Source: Flavobacteriales bacterium
GTDB lineage: Bacteria; Bacteroidota; Bacteroidia; Flavobacteriales_F; PHOS-HE28
Reading direction: 5' to 3'
Length of the DNA: 64,000 bases
NCBI GenBank assembly: GCA_016716605.1
Contig: JADJWA010000001.1
Coordinates: forward strand, 2,805,684 to 2,869,683
In this document: piece after piece, positions 37,776 through 47,586 of the stretch
How positions within the stretch are numbered: position 1 is the stretch's first letter
Layout: each line of letters begins with the position of its first letter
Made by a program: the position numbers and the translations under genes
The notes under the pieces: generated by a model
What the model saw: only the letters and a program-made list of their open reading frames with translations
Databases searched by the model: none
Told to the model about the DNA's origin: nothing

Positions 37776-38338
37776 TGGAGTTCATCAGCGATCGCGTGAG
37801 CGTGGAGCAGGCCGATGGCCGATGGAGCGCGGTGATCAGCGCCAGGCCCAGCGCTGGCAAGCGATTCATGCTGCTGGCCTGGGCAACGGCATGGCTCGTT
37901 TGCGGGGCCCTGATCCTCTATGAGCGGAGCAAGTTGCCTGTGGGCGAACCCTTGCGCCAATACCTGCTCGCCTTGCTCGCCTTCTGGGCCTACTTCATGC
38001 TGCAAACAGGCCGGGCCACGCTCTGGCGATTCAAGGGCTATGAGATCTGGCGCGTGAAGGATGGCAGGCTCACCATCAAGGACAGCCTCTTCGGGTTCGG
38101 GAGGGCGCACGCCTATTTCGCGGAGAACATCACGGGCGTCGGGATGCTCAACATCGACCGCCGCTCATGGAAATGGCAGTGGAGCGATAGCGTCTGGATG
38201 ATCGGAGGAGAACGGCTCGGGTTCGAGCATCTCGGGAAGAAGGTCGCCTTCGGCAAAGGCCTGACCGAAGAGGAGGCGAAGCGCCTGGTGCCCTTGCTGA
38301 AGCAAGCGCTGAGGAAGTCCCGCGACCCGCAGGGTTGA
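37772..38338 (+). CDS. hypothetical membrane protein
   Basis: 188 aa with two TM helices. It is coupled to the bshA stop by ATGA. Confidence 0.4.
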   Translation: MMEFISDRVSVEQADGRWSAVISARPSAGKRFMLLAWATAWLVCGALILYERSKLPVGEPLRQYLLALLAFWAYFMLQTGRATLWRFKGYEIWRVKDGRLTIKDSLFGFGRAHAYFAENITGVGMLNIDRRSWKWQWSDSVWMIGGERLGFEHLGKKVAFGKGLTEEEAKRLVPLLKQALRKSRDPQG

Positions 38339-38339
38339 T

Positions 38340-39407
38340 TCAGCCCTCGACGCGGAAGGCGTTGCCGCTCAGGCGCAGGGTGGGTTGGCCGTCGATCGCA
38401 CTGGCCAGCGTCATGCGCCGCGCGGCCGGTGAGGCCAGCACCTCGTCGATGGAACGAACAGCCCCGCAGGGCACGCCGGCCGAAAGCAAACGGCCGAGCA
38501 GCGCGTCACGCATGTGGGAGGCGAAGACGGGCTCGAGCAGATCGGCGAGAGCCGTGCGATTCTGCACGCGCAAGGAACTAGAGCTGAATCGCGCATCGGT
38601 CGCCAGCGCTGGGGCGCCGATCACGGCGCAGAGCGCCATGAACTGCGCATCGCTGCCCACGGCCAGGATGATGCGGCCTTCATCCGCGCAGCGGAGCACT
38701 TCGCCGTACGGAGCGATATTGGGGTGCAGGGTGCCCAAGGGCCTGGCCACGGCGCCAGCCATCATGAAATTGCTCGCCTGATTGATGAGCCCGGCCAAGG
38801 CGGCCTCTTCGAGGGAGACATCCACGAATGCCCCTTTTCCGCTGCGCTCACGGCGCAGCAGCGCGATCAGGAGCCCCTCCTTGAGCTGATGCGCGGCCAG
38901 CAAATCGATGAGCGCGATGGGCATTTTCGCGAACTGGCCAGGTCCGCTGCCGGTCATGCTGATGTAACCGCACTCCGCCTGCAGCACCACATCGTATGCG
39001 GGGCGGTCCGGCTGTTCTGCAAAGCCCTTGATGTGGCCATGTATCAGGCGCGGATTCAAGGCGAGCAAGCGCTCGCGATCGAGGCCGAGCTTCACCGCGT
39101 CGTCGGCCATATGGTTGGTGATCAGGATATCCGCAACGCGCACAAGCGCATCGAACCGATCGCGGTCCGAGGCATCCTTCAGATCAAGGCGCATGTGCTC
39201 CTTGCCCCAATTCACGCTGCTGAAATAGGCGCTCAAGGGATTTCCGGCGGGCTCCACCGGCAGTTTCCAAGCGCGTGTGGCATCACCGTGAGGCGGCTCC
39301 ACCTTCACCACGCGAGCGCCCAGCTCCGCGAAGAAAAATCCCACGGAAGGGCCTGCGAGCACAGTGGCCGCCTCGAGCACCAGAAGGTCCTTCAGCTGTC
39401 CTGCCAT
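38340..39407 (-). CDS. family III CoA-transferase (CaiB/BaiF family)
   Basis: LKDLLVLEAATVLAGPSVGFFFAELGARVVKVEPP is the family III N-terminal signature. Confidence 0.75.
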   Translation of the reverse strand: MAGQLKDLLVLEAATVLAGPSVGFFFAELGARVVKVEPPHGDATRAWKLPVEPAGNPLSAYFSSVNWGKEHMRLDLKDASDRDRFDALVRVADILITNHMADDAVKLGLDRERLLALNPRLIHGHIKGFAEQPDRPAYDVVLQAECGYISMTGSGPGQFAKMPIALIDLLAAHQLKEGLLIALLRRERSGKGAFVDVSLEEAALAGLINQASNFMMAGAVARPLGTLHPNIAPYGEVLRCADEGRIILAVGSDAQFMALCAVIGAPALATDARFSSSSLRVQNRTALADLLEPVFASHMRDALLGRLLSAGVPCGAVRSIDEVLASPAARRMTLASAIDGQPTLRLSGNAFRVEG

Positions 39408-39701
39408 CGATTCGGGGCTTTGAGGATCAAGGTGGCACTTCAGAATTCTCGATGGCAGCTACGGGCTCGGCCGACCAAAGATGGGACGTGCATTCCGACC
39501 ACGGCTGCCCGGTGATGTCTGGCGACACCTTCTTGGTGCCATGGCCCTCTCTCGCGGGCCGCTCACGACGAGCCCTTTCATCGTACTGCCCTTGATCCGC
39601 TTGGCACTGCCTGAATCAGCCTGCTCATTGCGGCGGCCATGCGCGATCCGTGGGAACATGAAAAAGCCCCGCCGCTGCGCGGCGAGGCTTTGATCATCAA
39701 G

Positions 39702-39785
39702 TGCCCAGGACTGGACTCGAACCAGCACACCCTTTCGGGCGCTACCACCTCAAAGTAGTGCGTCTACCAATTTCGCCACCTGGGC
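39702..39785 (-). tRNA. tRNA-Leu (anticodon GAG), type II with long variable arm
   Basis: Reverse complement is GCCCAGGTGGCGAAATTGGTAGACGCACTACTTTGAGGTGGTAGCGCCCGAAAGGGTGTGCTGGTTCGAGTCCAGTCCTGGGCA. The 7-bp acceptor stem pairs, the anticodon loop is TTGAGGT, and the T-loop is TTCGAGT. Confidence 0.85.
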
Positions 39786-39845
39786 AGTCTCGAAAGAACA
39801 TGAGGCTCATGAGCGTTGCTCTCCGCTCATTCACCCGAAATCCAG

Positions 39846-39918
39846 TGACTCGGCTGGGGCTCGAACCCAGGACCCCAACATTAAAAGTGTTGTGCTCTAC
39901 CAACTGAGCTACCGAGTC
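39846..39918 (-). tRNA. tRNA-Lys (anticodon UUU)
   Basis: Reverse complement is GACTCGGTAGCTCAGTTGGTAGAGCACAACACTTTTAATGTTGGGGTCCTGGGTTCGAGCCCCAGCCGAGTCA. The acceptor stem pairs (GACTCGG/CCGAGTC), the anticodon loop is CTTTTAA, and the T-loop is TTCGAGC. Confidence 0.9.
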
Positions 39919-39997
39919 CTCCGGCGCGCTTCCCCCGAAGGGTCCCTGCGCCAAGGGGCGGCAAATGTAGAGATCTCGGCCGCTGCTCCAAACGGGC

Positions 39998-41194
39998 TCA
40001 TTTATCCTTCTTCTCGATCACCGGATGCCGCTCGAACGGCGCGCTCCGGTCGAAGAGGTAGCGGTAGGTGGCCAGCGTGCGGTAATTCACCGCATCGAGG
40101 TTCTGGCACACCTTGATCATGCGCGGGTTGAAGTCGCCGATCCAGGTGAGCACCGTGTCCCGGTAGAGCTTTTTCTCCACGATGGTCTTCTCGGCGAACA
40201 CGATCAGCGCGCCTTCGAGACCCTTGCCCTGCCAGGGCTTGGCCACGCCGAATACGATGCCCGTCATGGTCTTCACCGTGCCGCGCCATTTGTGCCAGAG
40301 GAACTTCAGCTTGCCCAGCCAATTGAGGTTGCCGTTCACGTGCCGGAAGATCTCGTTCAGCTCTGGAAGGCTGATGTACATGGCCACGGGACGGTCCTTG
40401 TGCCGGATGAACATGAGCAGCCTCGGGTCCATCACCGGTTTCATGGCCTTCACGATCTTCAGGGCGGTTGCGTGTTCCATGGCCTTGTGGTTGTCGTGAT
40501 CGACCCAGGCGTCGTTGTACACCGTGCAGAAATCCTCGGCGATCTGCTGCACGCTTCGCCCGGTGCACTCGTGGATGCGGAAATCCGGGTCATTCATCAG
40601 CTGGTTGTACTTCCGGTGGAAGATCGGTTGCGCGCCGACCTCCACCGAGCGCTTGAAGAAGAGCTGTTTGAAGTACTCCTGGAAGCCGTATGCCTCGAAC
40701 AGGTCCTTGTAGTACTGCGGATTATAGTTGGTGAGGTAGATCGGCGGATCGGTGAAGTTCTCGGTGAGCAGGCCCCAGAACTGGTTGCGGTCGCCGAGGT
40801 TGATCGGGCCGTCCATGGCCTGCATGCCGAGGCTCTGGAGCCATTCCCTGGAGGCGTCGAGCAGCGTGCTGGCAGCAGGCTCATCGTTGATGCACTCGAA
40901 GAAGCCGATGCCGCCTGTGGGCTGCTTCTCGGTATAGGCCGTGCGCGGATTGATGAAAGCCGCGATGCGGCCGATGGCCCCGCTCTGGTCATCATAAAGC
41001 ACCCAGCGCTTCGCGGTGGCGCGCTCTCCATTGTCCTTGTCGGGCTGGAAGACCTTGTTGCGCTCCGGGTCGAAGACCTTTTCGATGTCCTGCCTCAGGT
41101 GCGGGATCCAGTTCGGGTCGTGCTTGTAGATATGCCAGGGCAGGCGCATCCAGTCGCGCAGGGTCTTCGGGTCGTTCGCTTCAATGAGCTTCAT
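39998..41194 (-). CDS. GNAT-fold N-acyltransferase-like protein
   Basis: About 400-aa protein of a conserved Bacteroidota family. The start is chosen at MKLIEANDPKTL. No firm catalytic assignment. Confidence 0.4.
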   Translation of the reverse strand: MKLIEANDPKTLRDWMRLPWHIYKHDPNWIPHLRQDIEKVFDPERNKVFQPDKDNGERATAKRWVLYDDQSGAIGRIAAFINPRTAYTEKQPTGGIGFFECINDEPAASTLLDASREWLQSLGMQAMDGPINLGDRNQFWGLLTENFTDPPIYLTNYNPQYYKDLFEAYGFQEYFKQLFFKRSVEVGAQPIFHRKYNQLMNDPDFRIHECTGRSVQQIAEDFCTVYNDAWVDHDNHKAMEHATALKIVKAMKPVMDPRLLMFIRHKDRPVAMYISLPELNEIFRHVNGNLNWLGKLKFLWHKWRGTVKTMTGIVFGVAKPWQGKGLEGALIVFAEKTIVEKKLYRDTVLTWIGDFNPRMIKVCQNLDAVNYRTLATYRYLFDRSAPFERHPVIEKKDK

Positions 41195-41260
41195 GGGCGG
41201 CGAAGTTCTTTCTTTCGTGGCCGCGACGGCTGGTCCACCTCCCACGCCGCGCCTTTGAGC

Positions 41261-41782
41261 ATGAACGGCCATGTGCAGCTGATCGGCATGATGTGCAGCG
41301 GCAAGAGCACCGTTGGTCGATTGCTGGCCGTGAGGCTCGGCCTGCCTTTCGTCGATCTCGATCGCGCGATCGAATCACGGATCGGCCCGCTGCTGCCATT
41401 CGTGCAGCGCGAAGGGGAGCAGGCCTTCCGCGACTTGGAATCATCGGTTCTGGAAGGGCTGCTGCTTGGTGAGGATGCCGTGATCGCCATGGGCGGCGGA
41501 ACGTCCACTGTTGCAGCGAACATGCAACGCATGCTCAGCGCCGGTACGGTGGTCTGGCTCGATGCGCCCTTGGCAGCGCTGATGCCGCGGATCGAGCGCG
41601 CCGGGGGCGACCGGCCCTTGCTCTTCGGGCTGAAAGGCGATGCCCTTCGTGCCCGTGTCGCCAGCCTGATGCAGGAGCGCGCACCGGACTACGCGCGCGG
41701 TCATTTGCGCGTGGATGCGGGAAGGACGCCCGAGGAGGTGGCCGGGAGCATCGTTGCCGCGCTTGCTGATCAGCGCAGGTGA
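41261..41782 (+). CDS. aroK: shikimate kinase
   Basis: Walker A motif GMMCSGKSTVGRLLA, 174 aa, and DLD/shikimate-binding region FVDLDRAIE. Confidence 0.8.
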   Translation: MNGHVQLIGMMCSGKSTVGRLLAVRLGLPFVDLDRAIESRIGPLLPFVQREGEQAFRDLESSVLEGLLLGEDAVIAMGGGTSTVAANMQRMLSAGTVVWLDAPLAALMPRIERAGGDRPLLFGLKGDALRARVASLMQERAPDYARGHLRVDAGRTPEEVAGSIVAALADQRR

Positions 41783-42270
41783 ACCCCGTCCTGCTTGCCG
41801 AATTCCACGCTGATGTGCTCCTGCAAGGTGGTGCTCAAGGTGAGCCCGACGATATCGGCGCGTATCGGGAAGAGCCGGTGCCGCCGGTCAACGAGCACCA
41901 CGGTGGTCAATCGCTTGGGCGCGGCCTGCACCAGGTAGCCTGCCGCGTGAATGAGCGTGCGGCCGCTCATGAGCACATCATCCACCAGCACCACCACGCG
42001 GTTCTTCAATTCCTTGGGCTCGATGCTGAGCCGCACAGGGCGCTCGATGGGTCTTTCCTTATCCAGCGTGAGCTCCGCCAGCACCACGTTCTGTTCAGTG
42101 ATCTCCTTGAGCAACGCTGCCAAACGCTGCGAGAGGATTATGCCTCTCGGGGCGATGCCCACCAGCACGATGCTCTTCTCGGGATGATGCTCTTCGTGCA
42201 ACTGATGGGCGATTCGCCTCAGTTTGCGTTGCACCTGCTCATGGGTGAGCACCAGTGTGCGATTGCTCAT
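41770..42270 (-). CDS. pyrR: PyrR-like phosphoribosyltransferase (pyrimidine operon regulator/UPRTase family)
   Basis: PRPP-binding motif VVVLVDDVLMSGRTLIHAAGYL, and size of 166 aa. Confidence 0.65.
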   Translation of the reverse strand: MSNRTLVLTHEQVQRKLRRIAHQLHEEHHPEKSIVLVGIAPRGIILSQRLAALLKEITEQNVVLAELTLDKERPIERPVRLSIEPKELKNRVVVLVDDVLMSGRTLIHAAGYLVQAAPKRLTTVVLVDRRHRLFPIRADIVGLTLSTTLQEHISVEFGKQDGVHLR

Positions 42271-42351
42271 GGGGCCAAGGTAAAGGGGGCGCGGCGCTGG
42301 GGGCCTGCCGAGCGCCTTGGCCGCGCGCCGACCCGGTGATCCAGGATGCTT

Positions 42352-42762
42352 TCAGGCAGCGGGCAGCTTCCGTTTCGCGGTCGGCCGCACGGATAGCCGG
42401 CTGAGGTGGATCTGGCTGCCGACGTACTTGATCACGCGGTCGAGCAGGTCAGTGGCCTCCGGCGTCAGGGATCGGAAACGGATGCAGGCCTGTCCGCAAT
42501 CGTGCTGCATCATCTCATGCTTGAAGGGGGCCAGGAGATCAGCGGCGATCACATGCAGCACATCCCCGTTCTTCTGGCTGGCGATCGCGAAGGCGGGCTT
42601 GCCTTGTATCCGATAAGTGGGCATGCGGTGGGAGAAGTCCTCCACGGCATCGGGCCAAAGGTGCCGGATGTGGCTGCGGAGCGCACCCAGTTGCTCACGG
42701 CGATCGGCGGGCAGTGCCTCGAAATATTCCTGCACTTCGGTCGGTGCGCTTTTCACGGGCAT
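42352..42762 (-). CDS. DUF1801-family protein
   Basis: YFEALPADRREQLGALRSHIRHLWPDAVEDFSHRMPTYRIQGKPAFAIASQKN pattern, 136 aa. Confidence 0.45.
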   Translation of the reverse strand: MPVKSAPTEVQEYFEALPADRREQLGALRSHIRHLWPDAVEDFSHRMPTYRIQGKPAFAIASQKNGDVLHVIAADLLAPFKHEMMQHDCGQACIRFRSLTPEATDLLDRVIKYVGSQIHLSRLSVRPTAKRKLPAA

Positions 42763-42813
42763 GTGGATGTGCGGGTGAAGGTCGGCAAAGGATCCGGAAT
42801 GCGGTCACGGGCC

Positions 42814-43587
42814 TCAGTCCATCCTCACCACCGAGTCAGCGCGCAGCTCACGGCCATCTGACAGGATGATCCTATCGGCGCCATCGCGCGCAACGAGATC
42901 AGCGATGATGCCCTCCGTGGATCGGCCATCGCTCAGCAGCAGGCGAACAGGTTTCCGCTGTACGGCGGCTTCCTCGAAGCGATCGAGCAAGGCGCATCCC
43001 ACCGGCGATGGCTTCACCGCTTTCAGCCAGAGCTCCCGGCCGGCGCGTGGAGCAATCGAGTTGCGACAGGCCTCCATGCTAACGCCGGGGAACCAGCGCC
43101 TGAACAGCGGCAAGTAATCGTCGCGGAACCCGCCGAAGGGGGGCTTGTCCGCGTTGAGCGCATCGTTGAAGAGCACGCCTGCCAGCTTCCCGCCCGGCGC
43201 GAGCAGGCAGTGCATGTGCGCCACGTAGCGCTCACGCAGGGCCGGGTCGATGGCGCAGAAGAAGGTCTGCTCCAGGATCAGGTCGTACTTGCCGGCATGC
43301 GTGAAGAAGTCCCCGACGATGAAGCATTCACGCGGGAAACCGGGGCATCGTGCGAGCAAGTCGTTCAGCGGCGCTTCGGTGAGGTCGATGATGAACACGT
43401 TCCGGAAGCCGAGCCGATGCGCATATTCAGCTTCCCATGCGCGGCCGCCGCCGGGAATGAGGACCCGGGTCGACCTGTCGGTGAGCTGGTCCAGGTATTC
43501 CTTCAAAGGGGTCGAGGGCGCACCGAGGTCCCAGGCAGTGTCGCCTGCAGCGTAGCGCTGGTTCCAGAAGTCGTGGTCGAGTTTCAT
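42814..43587 (-). CDS. TPMT-family SAM-dependent methyltransferase with C-terminal ~70-aa extension
   Basis: FWNQRYAAGDTAWDLGAPSTPLKEYL and VLIPGGGRAWEAEY (SAM motif I). Confidence 0.55.
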   Translation of the reverse strand: MKLDHDFWNQRYAAGDTAWDLGAPSTPLKEYLDQLTDRSTRVLIPGGGRAWEAEYAHRLGFRNVFIIDLTEAPLNDLLARCPGFPRECFIVGDFFTHAGKYDLILEQTFFCAIDPALRERYVAHMHCLLAPGGKLAGVLFNDALNADKPPFGGFRDDYLPLFRRWFPGVSMEACRNSIAPRAGRELWLKAVKPSPVGCALLDRFEEAAVQRKPVRLLLSDGRSTEGIIADLVARDGADRIILSDGRELRADSVVRMD

Positions 43588-43614
43588 GAAGGACCAGGAT
43601 TCAGCTGCGAAGGC

Positions 43615-45045
43615 TCATCGCCTCACCAGCCGCACCACGTTCTCCACGTGGTAGGTGTGCGGGAACATGTCCACAGGCTGCACGAAATCGATGCGGTAGT
43701 GGTGGTTGAGGATCGCCAGGTCGCGCGCTTGCGTGGCCGGGTTGCAGCTCACGTAAACGATGCGCTGCGGGTCAAGCTCTAGCAAATGGCGCGTCACGGG
43801 CTCGTCCATGCCGGCGCGCGGTGGATCCGTGACCACCACATCGGGCTTGCCGTGCAACCGGATGAACTCGGCGTTCAGCGTCTTCTTCATGTCGCCGGCC
43901 GTGAAGCTCACATTGGTGATGCCGTTGAGCTCGGCGTTCATGCGGGCATCCGCCACGCTTTCCGGAACCAGTTCGGCCCCCGTGATTTGGCGTGCTGCGC
44001 CAGCCAGGTACAAGGTGATGCTGCCAGCCCCGCAATAGAGGTCATAGACGTTCTCCGTGCCGGTCAATCCGGCGAGCTCGCGCACCAGCTTGTACATGGC
44101 GATGGTCTGCTGCGGATTGGTCTGGAAGAAGGTCTTTGGGCCGATGCGGAACCGCAGGGGCTTCCCGCCCGGGCCATCGGGCAGCTCCTCCACGATGTGA
44201 TCGCGGCCGTGCCAGCGCTGGATGTCGAGGTCGTAGATGGTGTCGTTCCGTTTCGGATTGATGGTGTAGAGCACGGATGCGAGCTGAGGGAAGCGCTCCG
44301 TGAGCGCGGAGAGCAGCCGTTCGCGCGGCTGCGGATCCTCGTGCCCGAGGGAGAGCAGCACCATGCACTCGCCCGTGGTGGCGGTGCGTATGAGCAGGTT
44401 GCGCAGGAAGCCCTGATGAGCGCGTACATCGTAGTGCGAGAGGCCATGCTCGCGCGCATGCTGGCGCACGAAGCCACGGATGGCATCGCTGGGCGCGGGC
44501 TGCAGGTGGCATGCACCGATGTCGAGCACGCGGTCGAAGCGCTGCGGGATGTGGAAGCCGAGCGCATTGCGATCGGTGAGCTGGCCGGTTGATCCGATTT
44601 CCTCCTTGGTGAGCCACCGGTTGTTGCTGAAGGTGAACTCGAGCTTGTTCCGGTAGTGCGTAAGCCGCGCGGATGGCATGATGGGCGTGATCGCCGGCAT
44701 TTGCAATCCGCCGATGCGCTCCAGGTTATCGACCACCTGCTGCTGCTTGTATTCCAGTTGCTTCGGATAGGAGAGGTCCTGCCACTTGCAGCCTCCGCAG
44801 GTGCCGAAGTGCGCGCAGAAAGGGCTCACCCGATCTGGCGACGGCGCCACGATACGCTGCGCGACGGCCTCCGCGTAATTCTTCTTCTTCAGCGTCACGC
44901 GCAGGTCCGCCACATCGCCGGGCACAGCGCCGTTCACGAAGACCACGAGGCCATCGACCTTCGCCAGCGCCTTCCCGTTGGCGCCTGCGCCGGTGATCGG
45001 CACGGCCTCCCATACGATGGTCTCCTTCGGTTTGCGGTTCCGCAT
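43615..45045 (-). CDS. rlmD: 23S rRNA (uracil-C5)-methyltransferase RlmD/RumA
   Basis: TRAM domain, Fe-S Cys cluster FCAHFGTCGGCKWQ, methyltransferase motif VVVTDPPRAGMDEPV, and nucleophile region near the C-terminus. The ORF is open to 45084. Confidence 0.8.
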   Translation of the reverse strand: MRNRKPKETIVWEAVPITGAGANGKALAKVDGLVVFVNGAVPGDVADLRVTLKKKNYAEAVAQRIVAPSPDRVSPFCAHFGTCGGCKWQDLSYPKQLEYKQQQVVDNLERIGGLQMPAITPIMPSARLTHYRNKLEFTFSNNRWLTKEEIGSTGQLTDRNALGFHIPQRFDRVLDIGACHLQPAPSDAIRGFVRQHAREHGLSHYDVRAHQGFLRNLLIRTATTGECMVLLSLGHEDPQPRERLLSALTERFPQLASVLYTINPKRNDTIYDLDIQRWHGRDHIVEELPDGPGGKPLRFRIGPKTFFQTNPQQTIAMYKLVRELAGLTGTENVYDLYCGAGSITLYLAGAARQITGAELVPESVADARMNAELNGITNVSFTAGDMKKTLNAEFIRLHGKPDVVVTDPPRAGMDEPVTRHLLELDPQRIVYVSCNPATQARDLAILNHHYRIDFVQPVDMFPHTYHVENVVRLVRR

Positions 45046-45138
45046 GGCTTCCGTTGATGGCGCGCAAAGATGGATCACCGCCATTGGGCCGCGCTTCGCG
45101 ATTGGGGCAGCCCTTCCAGCAGGCTATTTTCGCCGCCC

Positions 45139-45720
45139 ATGATCCTGCCCATCCGCGCTTACGGCGATCCAGTCCTGAAGAAGGTCGCCCGGGATATCGA
45201 GCCGGGGCACCCCGGGCTTGAACAGCTCATCGCCGACATGTTCGAGACCATGTACGCCGCCAATGGCGTGGGCCTCGCTGCGCCGCAGGTCGGGCAGGGC
45301 ATCCGCCTCTTCATCGTCGATGCCTCGCCCTTCGCCACCGATGAGGATGGCAAGCCAACGGAGGATGCGCACTTGAAGGACTTCAAGAAGGTCTTCATCA
45401 ATCCGTACATCGTTGAGGAGGAAGGGGAGGAGTGGCCCTTTGAGGAGGGTTGCCTGAGCATCCCCGGGATCCGTGAGAACGTGCAGCGCCAGCCGCGCAT
45501 CGTGCTGCAGTACCAGGATGAGCGGTTCCAGGAGCACGAGGAATCGTTCGATGGCTTCGCCGCGCGGGTGATCCAGCACGAGCACGACCACCTCGATGGC
45601 ATCCTCTTCATCGATCACCTGCCCGCGCTGCGCAGGCGATTGCTACAAGGCAAATTGCGCGACCTCTCCCGTGGCAAGGCCGATGTGAGCTACAAACTCC
45701 GATTCACCCCAGCGAAATGA
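45139..45720 (+). CDS. def: peptide deformylase
   Basis: GVGLAAPQVG, EGCLSIPG and HEHDHLDG motifs. Confidence 0.9.
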   Translation: MILPIRAYGDPVLKKVARDIEPGHPGLEQLIADMFETMYAANGVGLAAPQVGQGIRLFIVDASPFATDEDGKPTEDAHLKDFKKVFINPYIVEEEGEEWPFEEGCLSIPGIRENVQRQPRIVLQYQDERFQEHEESFDGFAARVIQHEHDHLDGILFIDHLPALRRRLLQGKLRDLSRGKADVSYKLRFTPAK

Positions 45721-46280
45721 ACTGCCTCAATCGCCATCTTCTCTTGATGCTGCCCATCGCGCTGCTGAGCGCATGCGGCAACAGCGACACCACCGCCGAC
45801 GCCAAGATGATCGAGGCCCGCGAGCGGATCCGGGCCAAGGAGGATTCGCTCTTCGAGCACCGCGCATTCGATCAGCGCACGGCCCTGGCCATGGTTGATG
45901 TGTACAAGGCATATGCAGCCGCCTACCCGTTGGACAGCATGGCGCCCGAGTACCTCTTCCGCGCGGCAGGCATGCACAAGAGCAACCATCAGCCCGATCA
46001 GGCGATGATGCTGTACGACCGCATCGCGCACAATTACCAGAGCTGGAGGCGCCGGGTGGATGTGCTCTACATGAAGGCGCTGACGCTCGATGATGACCTG
46101 GACCAGGACGGTGAGGCCAAACGGATCTACGAGCAGGTGATCAATGAGTATCCCGATCATCCTTTCGCGCGCGATGCGCGGGCCATGATCGAGAACCTTG
46201 GCCTCACCAATGAGGAGCTCATCGCCAAGTTCAAGGCCATGAATGATACGGCCAAGGGCGATGAAGAAGCCGGCCGATGA
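45717..46280 (+). CDS. lipoprotein, TPR-like
   Basis: Lipobox LLSACGN, and helical repeats rich in Y/A/L. It is coupled to the def stop. Confidence 0.45.
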   Translation: MNCLNRHLLLMLPIALLSACGNSDTTADAKMIEARERIRAKEDSLFEHRAFDQRTALAMVDVYKAYAAAYPLDSMAPEYLFRAAGMHKSNHQPDQAMMLYDRIAHNYQSWRRRVDVLYMKALTLDDDLDQDGEAKRIYEQVINEYPDHPFARDARAMIENLGLTNEELIAKFKAMNDTAKGDEEAGR

Positions 46281-46281
46281 T

Positions 46282-47586
46282 TCAGGCTCCTACCAATGCT
46301 GAATAACCTGGGGCGAGCATCAAGCGGCCCTGGCTCACTATGCCGAGCGGCCTTCCGGTGAAACGCGTCCCGATGAACGGCGTGTTCCTGCTGCGGCTCA
46401 CCAGATCCGATTCGCTGAATTTCCATTCCACGCCCGGGTGGAACAAGGTCATGCACGCCGGGCCGGCATCGGCGATGTGAGCCGTCGGGAGGCCCAGCAC
46501 CGCACGCGGTCCGGTCGTGAAGCGCTCGATGAGCCGGCGCAGCGGCACGCTTCCCTTCAGTGCCGTGTTCGCCGCTGCGAAGGCCGTTTCGAGGCCGACC
46601 GCGCCGAAGGCGGCCCTGCCCAGCTCAACGCGCTTATGCTCGGGATCCTCCGGCCGATGATCGCTCACGATCGCGTCGATGGTGCCGTCCTTCAGCCCGA
46701 GCCGGAGCGCTTGAATGTGCGACTCGTCGCGCAGCGGCGGCATTACCTTGAAGCTGCTGTCATAGCCGCTCAAGCAACGGTCATCGAGCAGCAGATGATG
46801 CGCGGCCACCGAAGCGGTCACCTGGGACTTCCGTGCCTTGGCTTGCCGCACGAGTTCCACCGCCTGCGCCGTGCTGATGGTCGCAGCATGCAGCCGCCCT
46901 CCGGCGTACTCCGCTAATGCAATGTCACGTGCCAACTGAATGGCTTCGGCTTCGGCCGGGATCGCGCGCAGGCCCAAGCTGGTGCTCATCAGTCCTTCGT
47001 GCATCAACCCGTTCGCAAGAAGGCCCCGATCCTGCGCGAATGTCATGATCGGCGGTGGGTCACCGGGCAAGCCAGCGCTGTAGCGCAGGGCCAAGGCCAT
47101 CAGCCTGCTGTTCATGATCGGGTGCTGATCATCGCTGAAGGCCACGGCACCGGCTGCCCGCATATCGGCCATTTCGGCCAGCTGCTTCCCTTCACAGGCC
47201 TGGGTGATGGCGCCCAAGGGCATCAGGCGCACAGGGTGTCCTTCGGCCTTGCGGAGCAGGTATCCGATGCCCGCGCGCCCATCAATCGCCGGTTGCGTCG
47301 AGGGCAGCACGCAGGCATGCGTGAAACCGCCTGCAGCCGCCGCGTCGAGCCCATTGGCGATCCCGCATTTCCATTCCTCGCCGGGATCGCGGAAATGCAC
47401 GCGCAGGTCAATCCATCCGGGGCTCACGTGCAAACCTTCGACCCTGATCTCCCGGGCACCGCCTTTCTGCAGGCGCTGGCCGGTGCGGGCGATGAGGCCG
47501 TCGCGGACCAGGATATCCAGCTCTTCTCCATTGTGCGGGCCTCCAGGGTCCACCACGAGCGCGCGCCTGATGATCAAATCGCTCAT
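46282..47586 (-). CDS. pyrC: dihydroorotase (amidohydrolase superfamily)
   Basis: DLRVHFRDPGEEWK metal-site region, IIRRALVVDPGG N-terminus, 434 aa. Confidence 0.7.
   Translation of the reverse strand: MSDLIIRRALVVDPGGPHNGEELDILVRDGLIARTGQRLQKGGAREIRVEGLHVSPGWIDLRVHFRDPGEEWKCGIANGLDAAAAGGFTHACVLPSTQPAIDGRAGIGYLLRKAEGHPVRLMPLGAITQACEGKQLAEMADMRAAGAVAFSDDQHPIMNSRLMALALRYSAGLPGDPPPIMTFAQDRGLLANGLMHEGLMSTSLGLRAIPAEAEAIQLARDIALAEYAGGRLHAATISTAQAVELVRQAKARKSQVTASVAAHHLLLDDRCLSGYDSSFKVMPPLRDESHIQALRLGLKDGTIDAIVSDHRPEDPEHKRVELGRAAFGAVGLETAFAAANTALKGSVPLRRLIERFTTGPRAVLGLPTAHIADAGPACMTLFHPGVEWKFSESDLVSRSRNTPFIGTRFTGRPLGIVSQGRLMLAPGYSALVGA

Noticed and set aside
39459-39728. 89-aa minus-strand ORF
   Set aside because: It overlaps the tRNA-Leu gene and the intergenic region, and has no coding signal.
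39702-39918. tRNA-Leu and tRNA-Lys pair as a possible integration target (att) for the island
   Set aside because: They lie about 21 kb from the integrase, with ordinary high-GC housekeeping genes in between. No integrase or direct repeat is visible next to them.
40025-41260. Long + strand ORF (585 aa) preceding aroK
   Set aside because: Only the last 174 codons match shikimate kinase. The upstream part is antisense to the GNAT-like gene and lacks motifs.
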